From Lama guanicoe (Eukaryota): DNA of 64,000 nucleotides. The translations under genes were made by a program, and so were the position numbers. Each line of letters begins with the position of its first letter. The first letter of the stretch is position 1. The notes below the pieces were generated by a model. The model was not told the DNA's origin, searched no databases, and worked only from the letters and a program-made list of their open reading frames with translations. Positions 40,233-50,803 of the stretch are shown here, in pieces. The stretch covers positions 3,566,071 to 3,630,070 of the forward strand of contig MU053810.1 in NCBI GenBank assembly GCA_013239625.1, in the 5' to 3' direction.

Positions 40233-42649
40233 TCTCTTCTGAACAATCTCAGACTTACTTTTTTGCTTAGGTCTTATTTTCTAATCCTGCTTCAATTTAA
40301 GGATAGAACATTCCCCATGTCCTTGGCGTCGTTCTAACTATAGAACCCAGGAATGGACCCAGTGCTCCAGGAAAAGTTTGGCAAATATCACATGTAAATG
40401 GAGGACGGCCTCGCTGTCCCTCCAGGCTCTTGTTTTTGCAGCCTAACCCTGGGTGATGGTTTAAAAGCTGGTGTTAGGACTGACCCCAGCTTCTCTGTTT
40501 TCATTGCTGACTCCTGTTTAGACGTTCTCGCCTGTAACCAGTCACTTTTCCTCTTCTATTTGTGTAGTTCATTTCCCTCTCCTGAAGGTACCACCCTGCA
40601 CTTATCTTCAGAGAACTTAAAAAAGAATTCTGACCACTTCTCTAATTTAGTAAGGTTATTTTAAATTTTGCTCTTCATCAGCAGGCTGACAGTGGCCTTC
40701 CTGCTCCTCGGTGAGGAAGTGATTCATGTGTTCTCAGTTTCCTCCAGGCCAGTGCTGTGTTCCAGGGCATCTGTTTGCAAGCGTTTTCAGCCTGCACTGC
40801 TATCTGCTACTCCGTGGCTTCTATAGGGGGTGCCTTGATCATCTTTCTTCTGGCTTTGATCAGTGTTAAGAGAATTAATCCCTTGGTGTTTCAACGCTTA
40901 GGTAAAACTTTTGTAGATGGTAACATTGAAGAGGGCTATTTCTAAGTTAACACATGCAACAAGGACGTAATCTTTTAGACTGAAAATCTGCACTTTAGTA
41001 TTTGTTAAGTTTTTGTATATACTGTATACCTCAGCCCCCCTCCACCCCAGAAGCATAGAAGCCTGTGACATGTCTGGTTCTAAGTTTTAACCCAGCAATC
41101 GCATAGAGCAAGGGCAACATCAAGGATAGATTGAAAGAGGCAGAAATGCTGGAGAGGATACACCTCAGCGTGTACAAACCCTCCCTCAGGAACAGGTCAT
41201 CTCTTCCTTGTCTGAGCTACGATGGATGGTACTTTATTTCTTTTCCTTTTGATTCCTTTGTAAGTGCTGTTACAAACATTTGCATCTAAATCTTGTTTCA
41301 CCCATGAATCTATAGGCCTGCTGAGGAAAGGGATGGGGGCTAATTTATCTTTATTTCACTCACAGCATCTTACATAATGTCTTACAACAGCCAGTGCTCA
41401 ATAAATATTTGTTGACTGAGTGAACAATGAAAGAACACATACAATTTAGAAGAGTTCAGATCCAAGCTGGCTTTTCTTTGTGGAAAAGTAATTTGATTTT
41501 AATCAAATTCTTTCTTTTTTCCTATTAGAAATTTTAATTGATTTAAAGAAATGGTAAAAAAAAAAAAAGACTAGGAAAAATCAATCTAAAATCTAAAAAT
41601 AAAGATGCTTTTGTAGAAAACAGGAAATTCCTGTGGATTTCCTTTAAAAAGCAGTCATATCAATTTTCATAAGCAAATATAAGAGGAAGTCATGTGTTCA
41701 CCTGCCCCTTCCAAATCTGGACAAAATGGTTGGAAGAGTCCAGCTGGCCGCTCCAACAGTTCCCTATGATAGCAAATCAGAGAGACCCTGGGCCATGTTA
41801 GACAGCGCTAAACAACACGATTATGAGCAGAAAAAGCATATGCACCAAGTATTTTTGGATAAAGCACACATTAAAAATGAACAAAGCAGTTTAGGAAAAA
41901 TTAGAATGAATTAAACATGTAAATCGGATGTTTTGTTATACTGTCACTACCCATGAGGAATTATCTAGACCGGGTGAAGAAAGCTATTGTTTGCGATAAT
42001 GATTATTGTAGGTAATATGAATTCCTGTTAATAAACAGCCCTTCATGTGCCAGGAAGTCTACTGCACTGGGCCCAAAAGAGATGTAGTAGCAGCGAGGAT
42101 AATCATGTTTACAGCCTGGCATGTTCTCTACAGAATTTATAAAAAGCCTTAGCTAATGTGAGATGAATCGTCAATAGTTTGATGAGAAAAAAATGGCAAC
42201 ATGGAAGAAATACTCATCTGCTCAACTCTCTATTTGTAGAGAGTTTGCTACATTAACTAAAGGTCAGCCTCTGGGTTGGAGCTGCAAATGTTACATGAAG
42301 GCAGAGTAAGGGAAGAAGAAATAAAGATACATTGATTCACAGCCTCCTGCAGGACCTCTAGGCAGGAGGCGCTGCCTATTTTCATGTACAAGCTCAGCAG
42401 GACCCAGTCCTGAACTTCTCCAGCCAGATCCGGAGGAAAGCAACAACCTGAGCCCATTGTCCGGTGGGGTCCGGGATGATTCCTGCTATTACAGACCCTG
42501 CAGGCGGAGAGAGAAATTTGGAAACCAAGGTGCCCATGGAGGTGCAAAACACCTCCATCCCAGTGAAGAGTTGGACCAGCTCAGAGAACATCAACACTAA
42601 TAAAATATAGACCTTTCCCAATACTAAATGCTACTATTGTTAACCGAAA

Positions 42650-42880
42650 TTTCACTCTGTGTAAGGCATCATGCTAAATGCTTTACATAGAATACCTCAT
42701 TTAATTCCTCCCCACTCCCTTAGAGGCGGGCATTATCATCTCCATTTCACCGATGAAGAAATGCAAGATTGCAGAAGACTGAATAACTTGCCCCTAACCG
42801 TCCAGCTAGAAAGCGGTGGTGGTAGCCTTCCAAACCAGGTCCACCTGACTTCCACGCCCGGCCTGTCCACTCTGCTACGC
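42650..42880 (-). mobile_element. MIR SINE
   Basis: CTCATTTAATTCCTC...ATTATCATCTCCATTTCACCGATGAAGAAA...AATAACTTGCCC core. Confidence 0.75.
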
Positions 42881-43213
42881 TGCAATCCATGGAAGACTGG
42901 GCTGCACCTCGGTCCTTTGGCATTGGAGCCCTGACATAAACCCCACACTGCTTGGCAGAAAACTTGGGACCATTTTGAACCAGGCCCCTTTATCTTTTCC
43001 CAAAATGTGCTTGATGGCAGAGTCATCCTGCAAGATGACCTGCAGAGAAATGGGTTCCAGGAGCAAAAAAAGCGGGGAATGCTGCAAATGGAAATCCCCC
43101 TTGGAGAATCCCATTTTACAGCAGCTCTGGGAAGTCTTGCATTACAGAAACACCATCTAACTCAGTGTTTCTTAAACTGATTTGAATACAGAACCCTTTT
43201 TGTTCACATAAAA

Positions 43214-43691
43214 CCTATTAATAACTATGGGAATTTGTATTTCTGCAGAACGTGTCTTAGAGAATGGTGACTCAGAACAGTTCCTAAGTTCCTCTCTCAA
43301 GAACGGTCTCTTTTTGGACTCCTCTGGCCCAGCTGTTCTTGCTCTTGTGTCTTTTTGGACATCACCCTGCTTGAATAAAGTTGGATTTTGCTGCATTCTT
43401 CTGGATCTCTCTAAAGGGGTCAGTTTCCAGCCCCAAACCCATTCAGATCCCATACAGCCTATTAATAACTATGGGAATTTGTATTTCTGCAGAACGTGTC
43501 TTAAGAGAATGGTGACTCAGAACAGTTCTTAAGTTCCTCTCTCAAGAACGGTCTCTTTTTGGACTCCTTTGGCCCAGCTGTTCTTGCTCTCGTGTCTTTT
43601 TGGATATCACCCTGCTTGAATAAAGCTGGATTTTGCTGCATTCTCTCTAAAGGGGTCAGTTTCCAGCCCCAAACCCATTCAGATCCCATAC
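43214..43691. repeat. Tandem duplication, two copies, period 244 bp
   Basis: Copies start CCTATTAATAACTATGGG at 43214 and 43458. By eye they differ by 5 C/T substitutions, a 1-nt indel and a 9-nt indel. Confidence 0.97.
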
Positions 43692-44315
43692 CCTTTTCCC
43701 TTTCTATGACCTCATGTTGCTGAGGTCCCAATCACAAGAACAAAATCCATCTAAGGGAAAATAAGAGAAAGATGGTAGAGACCAAGGAAAATAGAATGAA
43801 AAATAAGGGAACATGTGACTCAATTTTTTGTTTGAAAGCTCAACACCACTTCCTTAGCAACTTATGATGATGTACAGAATGTATTTACAAACTTTCCTAT
43901 TGTTGAACAATTCCTCTAAGACTTAAACAAACTATGTTTTTGTGTACAGAACTGCAAATTCAAAATGAGAAAAGTTCTCAGCCTTCTGCAACAGGGATGT
44001 CATTCAATGAGGCAAGTTCCATCATCCAGTTAAGTAGAACACCAGCTTTCTGTACAGACCACATTTATTCATTCAACAAACATTTATTAGGAAACTCCTA
44101 AATGCCAGGCTTTTTTCCTATGTACTTAAATAGGTTGAAAATAACGTGTGTTGGAACATGGTAAGTGTTATGGAAAAACAGAATAGAAATGTTGAATGAA
44201 GGAGATCAGATGGGCAAGGGGAGTGGTCCAAATTACACTGTTAACAGCCTGGTGAGATCAGACAAGGGGAAGTGTGAGCAAAAACTTGCAGGAATTGAAA
44301 AGATGAATTAAAAAA

Positions 44316-44458
44316 TTTGTTGTTGTTTCGTTTTGTTTTGAGGGGAGGTAATTAGGTTTATTATTATTATTATTTACTTAATGTAGGTACTGGGGATTGA
44401 ACCCATGACCTTGTGCATGCTAGGCATGCACTCCAACACTGAGCTATACCCTCCCCCC
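44316..44458 (-). mobile_element. tRNA-Ala-derived SINE (vic-1 type)
   Basis: Reverse complement GGGGGGAGGGTATAGCTCAGTG...GGGTTCAATCCCCAGTACC; TSD AAAAGATGA(A/C)TT; lies beside an L2 remnant (~44065-44300). Confidence 0.9.
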
Positions 44459-47400
44459 AAAAAGATGACTTTTTATAGCCACGCTTTTTCCTCATTTCCT
44501 CTTTCATCCTCTTTCTTTCCTCCTTTTTTTTTTTTGGCCAACTCTTCCTTGATTTTTGTCGGCCTTTACTAATAGTTTAACTGTTTTTAAACATGGATAT
44601 TCAAATTATTCATAAAAGTATAAATATGAAAGCCCAAATGACCTGAAATTTTACCATGCATTACAATTTTGGTAAAAATTCCACTGTATCTCTCTATGTA
44701 TATGAACAGAGAAACTTGCAATTTCCAAATATGGAGTCATGTTGGAGGTACTACTTTATAACCTGCTTTTCCACTATATAGTATTTTTTCTGTCATTGTC
44801 ACAGACTTAAAAAAGCTATATTCTCATAGGTACTCCATCATGTTTTAAAAAATCAAAATATCATTAAAATGTATACATTACAAAATCTCACTTTTATTTT
44901 TGCTTCGATCCACCCTTTTCTCCTCCATAACAGATGCCAGGGAGCTCCCCCTGTATCCTGCCAGTGATACTTTACGTACTTACAGCAGATACACATTTAT
45001 ATCTGTATCCCCCGCCCCTCACACACATGTGTATACTACACATTACTTTACATTTCGCTTTTCATTTAACACTGGGGCGCTCTTTCCCATACTAGCACAT
45101 AGGAGTCTTTTTCAACTTTAGGCATTCGTTGTGTGGATGCATCATAATTTATTTAGTTGCTCCCAACTAACAACGGATGGTTATTTGGGCCCAGTCAGTC
45201 ATAAACATAAGGTGATGGGAACTTGAAATAGAATGTGCCTGAAACAAAATTTAAGAGGTGCTACTAATTTTTTCCCTTGAAATTATAATTGAAGTCAATG
45301 AGAAAAGATTTTTCTACAAAACTTCTGATGAAGTTACCTATTGTTGCTTTAAATATCGAGGTCCCTGGGCAAATGTCTATGAATAAAGATTTGGTTTTTT
45401 CATGTTTATTTCCCATGTTATGAGCAGCAGAAATTTGTAATAAAACATTGAAAATAATATTTCCTGGGTTTCTTATGATTTCAAATATTTTGTAAGTGTC
45501 TATCTGGTCAACATGTAATATATATCTATTTCAATACTAATGGTAAAATTAGTTAGAAATTCTAAGTCAAATATTTCCATTGCAAATTTTCCATCAATTT
45601 CATTTCCCCAAAGGATAAAAATTAATCATTATAAGCATTAGTGTAAGATTATTCTCCAAAATAGTTTGTTTTAGAAAATGTAAATAGTAGAAAGTAACAT
45701 AAAAAATTAATACTAGGTACCAGGTGCATCTGAAATTTATCTCACATGATCCTTACAAATCTGTGAGTTAGACATTATTATCCTCTTTTACAGGGAAGGA
45801 AACAGGATGAGAGAAATAAAATGTTACGTCCAAAGTTAGACTTAAATTCAGTTTAAGAGCCAGGATTCAATCCTCTGCAGTCTGTGTGCTCATCCAGTGC
45901 TTTACCCAGACTCTTGGGCAAATTGATTGTACATAGCCTCCGCTCATTTATTCTTCGACCATTCACCACAGATAAATCACTTTCCTTTAAATTAGAAAAA
46001 GAAAAATCATTTTGCCATCTTTTAAATTAAGAAAAGAAAAATCATTTAGGGTTTTGCCAGCTAGCCAGGGGCAGAGGTCAGCTGTCTCTCCCTTTTGCCC
46101 TCAGGAATAAAGCAGCTCTGAAAATAAGTGATACATACTAGATGTCTCTAAGAAGTCTTCGTTTCTAAAATTTAATAGTGCGGCAACACACTTTTGTAGA
46201 CAGACCATTGCCTCTTACAGAGATAAAGGTGGAGAGAAACAGAGAAAAAAAATCACTCTGGAGCACAGTGTCAGTTTCTTCCACAGAGAAACCAGATCTG
46301 GAGAGATAGGGTGTCACTGAATAAAAGAAAGTGAAAGAAAAATGGAGTAATTAGAATTGTACCTCCAGTTTTGTAGACCACAACCATATTATAACAGTTC
46401 CCTATTGGCAGAAATACACTATCATCTGCTGCTGGGGGTTGTGGCTTGACAGAGTATGTTTTATAGGATTATATTGGAAAAGAAGTTTCAAGGAGGGGGT
46501 AGGTCCTGTGATTCACATATTGGAAAAATCCTGAGTATAAAGTAGATCATCCTTCTGTCTAGGGTGTTGATGGGTTTTGGTGAAATGTTTGTGCACTGAG
46601 ATTTTCCGTCCCCATCATCGGTGCATCTTCCTCTTGCTCTCGGAATTGGAGATGTAATTGGATTTGAGGTTCTCCATCGTGAAGGAACTCTGGGCAGGGA
46701 GGCTGTGAATGCTCTCTGTGCCTCACAGAGTCAGGGCATTTGTTTGCAAGAAATAAAGTCAAAAGAATGTTCATGGAAAAATGCAAATGTTTCACGGGTA
46801 GGGCAGGTTCAGGAAGAAATTGATTCTCTTGAGCGGTGGGAGTAGTTTGACTTTAGAAATTGTAGGAACCTCCTGACCCAGAGTGGAGGCACTTTCCCAA
46901 ACATCAGTCCCAGGATATCCCAACTCTGCAGGCATTCAGACCTCTTCAGCCAAGAATTGCTTCAGCCTTCATGGATTCCTGTATGTATTCACTTTAGAGC
47001 AGGTCCAGGGAGGTGAGAGCTGGGGCAGCTGGGGGAGGCACAGACCTATTCACCTCAGTCAACGATGGGAAAAGGCAGCAAACCCTTTGTGGTCTGCAAG
47101 CAGTGAACCACATGTACCTGAGAAAACTGCCATAGCTGGAGAAACGAAAAAGATTTTTTCCCCAAATGTCCTCTTCTCAGAGGAGAGCTAAGGCTACATA
47201 CACCCCATGAGACCAAAAGGAGGTGTCCATCACAGGGGTTACACACAGATAAAATTATCTTTTTGATGAGAAATCATGAAAAATTTGGCATTGGAGATAT
47301 GACGCACTTGTATGTGCCATATTCTTAATATATCTTCTTGGCACATACCAATAAAAGAAATGAAAATTCAAAATAGTGATTATCCCTGGGAAAGGGAATA

Positions 47401-48165
47401 AAATCTGAAAGGAGTACAAATAAGTTGTTAAACATATCTGTTCAACTTTATGTCTTTAAGAAGAATCTGAAGCAAGTGTGACAAGTATGACAAGCGTTAA
47501 CATCCATTTAAGCTGGATGGTTTGATTATAGCTGTTAAATGAATTTCACTCGGTGTCTTTCTGATGGTTTGAAATACCGTGTGGGGCAAATATATACATT
47601 GGTTTGCTCAACATCGACAGCAGCCTCCTCCTGCTGTGCCTCCCTGAGCTCAGAGACTGGAAAGTGAAATACTAGACTTTCTTCCAGTTAGTGTCCCAGG
47701 TATGATTTTGGTTCCAACATCACAGCTTCATTGGAACTGACATAATTGAGGAGTGAAGCAGGAATGAGGCACCTATTTGTCAGGATGGCCACAGAGGTGG
47801 TGTGGTTTGGAGACTGGCAGCTGTGTTGCAGGTTCCCCAGTTTAGCAGGGATGGCATGTTTTGCAACCAGCAGCCTCTTTCAGACGATGGTGCAGGGAGG
47901 GTAAAGCCAAGCAGAGCACCAGCAGGGACAGAGCTCCAGAAATGTGTAAATCTATACACCTGCTAAGCTGAGCCATTCCCACAGACTATGCAGGGCTGGG
48001 AGATATTCAGGTTCTGACTGGGTGGAATGCAGAGACCTTGCTGAACATTCTGAGCAGTGGGCAGCGATCCCAGAAGGGTCACATGTTAGCAGCAGAATTA
48101 AAAGAGTCCTTGATTAAAGACTACTCTAGACATACCTGGAAAAAGCTTATAAACAAGCCTCAAAG

Positions 48166-48437
48166 ATAAGACTCACACACCCCAATGCTAATAGCAGCAC
48201 TATTTACAACAGCCAAGATATGGAAACAACCCAAATGTCCATGAACAGATGACTGGATAAAGAAGATGTGGTACATATATACAATGGAACACTACTCAGC
48301 CATAAAAAAGAATAAAATAATGCCATTTGCAGCAACATGGATGGTCCTGAAGATTGTCATTCTAAGTGAAGTGGGCTGGAAGGAGAAATAAAAATGTCAT
48401 ATGATATCAGTTATATGTGGAATCTAAAAAAAAAAAA
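48166..48437 (+). mobile_element. Short young L1 fragment ending at the internal A tract
   Basis: CACCCCAATG...TGGAAACAACCCAAATGTCCA...ATGTGGAATCT(A)n; outer TSD AACAAGCCTCAAAG at 48152-48165 and 49822-49835. Confidence 0.88.
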
Positions 48438-49789
48438 TTTCTTTTTGGAGGTACAGAGAGTTTACTCAAAGTCCAATACAGACTGGCCCAGCTGCCTTCT
48501 ACAATGTGCCAGGAAAAAAGGGCCTACAGAAAAGGTAGAAGTTGTTATAAAATTGCTTTAATTCAGTTCTCTCCACATTACAAGGCAGCGGCGGGCAGTG
48601 GACTCTGCCTGCTCCCCTTACAACGCTGAGCCTGTAACCACTGTTATCAAAATATACATCTGTCACCATAAAAAACCGCGTGTGCTGCCCCTTGTGACTT
48701 ACAAGAGGTATAAAAAATTATAAATATTTACACCCTTATTCCACGCGACATGGAAACTCGGGGCCCAGACCCTGAGGGAGGGCTGGCCAGCATGGGGCCT
48801 GTGCGCGGGAGCCCCTTGGACCCATGAGTGCAGGGCGAGGCAGTTAAGACCGGAGGGCGGCTGCTCCAGCTCCTGGGGTCCCAGCATTAGAGGCAGAAAA
48901 AAAAAAAGAAACAAAACTTTGGTCCAAAATTTGCAGGAAGAAAGAAACCCTGAAAGTTTAAGAGCACTCGTCCTCCCTGACCAAGGACAGTTGGGTGTGA
49001 GTAAGGCATTTGGGGGCCACCCTGAGGCTGGATCCTGCCCTGCAACTTCGTTACAAGGAATAAAATAACAGTATACAAAGGTCATACTTGCTGGAGAAAC
49101 TTTAGATTACACTCATGCCATTTTTATCTTGCTATATAAAAGGTACCTAAAACTATTTCTTTTGCATATAACTGAGAAAGTTTAGGATATTTGGTCAACT
49201 GGAAATATTGCTAGGCACAGACGCCTGCAGCTGCATCAAAGCGTAATACAAAGGTTCCGGTGAAAACAAAGCTGAAGAAGCGCCAGGGACATGCCCTGGG
49301 GTCTCGCCCTGGGACTTGGGAGGAGAATCACATACTTGATTAAAGGATCCGGGGTGTCGGCCAGGTCTGGCCACTCACCGCCTGCTGCCACACCAGGCAC
49401 ATGATCCCAGAGGAGGCTGGCCCCTTGGGCCCCAAAAGCCCTCCATGCCTGCTACCCCAAGAAGGCCCTGCCAGAGCAGCGGGTTTAAGGCACAAGAGAG
49501 CCGCATGGAGGTTTGGGAGCGTGCACCCTGCAGCTGCAGAAGGCACGGGCGAGGGGTGGGGAGCAGGGGTGCCGTCCTTGCCTGCACCCCATCTCCCCTA
49601 GGTGAGCAAGTGAATTAGATTTAATTTTTTAAAAACAGGTAAACTGATTTCTCTTAAAAAAATAAAATCTCTGGTCTTTTAAGGTCACTTCAGCTGCTTT
49701 TTAAAGTGGCTTTTTTCTGGAATGACAGAAGTTGTGGCCAGGCACCCGGCAGGCTGGTCCTGGGGGCCTAGATGGTGGACTTGGAGAAG
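48438..49789 (-). pseudogene. PTBP1: 5'-truncated PTBP1 retrocopy: last 6 codons plus whole 3'UTR
   Basis: Minus strand begins TTC TCC AAG TCC ACC ATC TAG (FSKSTI*, the PTBP1 C-terminus; stop 49768-49770). Then blocks I recognise from the PTBP1 3'UTR: AAAAGCCACTTTAAAAAGCAGCTGAAGTGACCTT, GAGAAATCAGTTTACCTGTTTTT, CTGTGCCTAGCAATATTTCCAGTTGACCAAATAT, AAGGGTGTAAATATTTATAATTTTTTATACCT. AGTAAA signal at 48461-48466 and a short A tail. Confidence 0.92.
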
Positions 49790-50803
49790 TAAAAAACTTT
49801 TTAAAAAATTTTCTTTAATACAACAAGCCTCAAAGGGTCAAACTGACTTGCGAATAAGTGTCTGTCAATCAAAACAAAGTTCAACACCCTTTACAAGAAG
49901 AAAAAAAATTCAGATACTCAACAACATGAAATTCACAATATCCAGCACCCAATAAACAAGTCAGTCAATATAGAAAAAAACAAAAAGATCCAGAAATGCG
50001 AGCAATGACAGAATCAGCACAAAAAGCCTTTAAGACAACTATTATAAATATGTTCAAGTATCTAAGGGAAAGCAGGAACACAATGAGGAGAAAAAAGGAT
50101 ATTTAAAAAGAACAAAATGGAACTTTCCAGAGATGAAAAATACAATATTCAAAATAAAAATTTTATTGGATGGGATCAGTAGCAGATTAGACGTGTGACG
50201 GGAAAAAGATCAGTGAACTTAAAAATGATGCAAAAGAAACCACCCAAACTGAAGCAAACAAAGGGAAAAAAAGGGTGAAAATAATGAACTGAGCCTTGGC
50301 ACCCTGTGGGACAATAAGTACCAAGCGGTCCAGGTTCATGTAATTGGGGTGCAGAAGGAGGGGAGAAAGGAGAAAACAGAAGTCATCTGAAGAAAAAGGT
50401 GTTTGAGGAAATAATAGCCCCCAAATTTTCAAATTAAATGAAAAACAAATCATAACCAAATTGTTGAGAAACGGAGATAAACATAATATTAAAAGCAGTG
50501 CAAAGAGAAGGGGAGGGGAGACATTACACACGGGAGGAAAAAAGAATAGTCGCTGACTTCGAAGCAATACAAGCTGGAAGACAGAGGAGCAACATTTCCA
50601 AAGTGATGAAACGGGAAAAAAGTTAACTTAGGGTTCTCTATCTAGCAAAAATATCCTTCAAAGAGACAGGCAAAAATAAATAAATCTTCAGGCAAACAGA
50701 GAAACTGGGAAAATCATGGGTAGCATAGTTGCACGATAAAAAATATGAAAGAAAGTCCATTCTTCAGGCCATTGAAAAGTGATCTCTAATAAAAACTCAG
50801 ATC

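Noticed and set aside
42385..42605. Open stretch AGPSPELLQPDPEES...QLREHQH* followed by AATAAA
   Set aside because: No strong acceptor, no start codon and no recognised homology.
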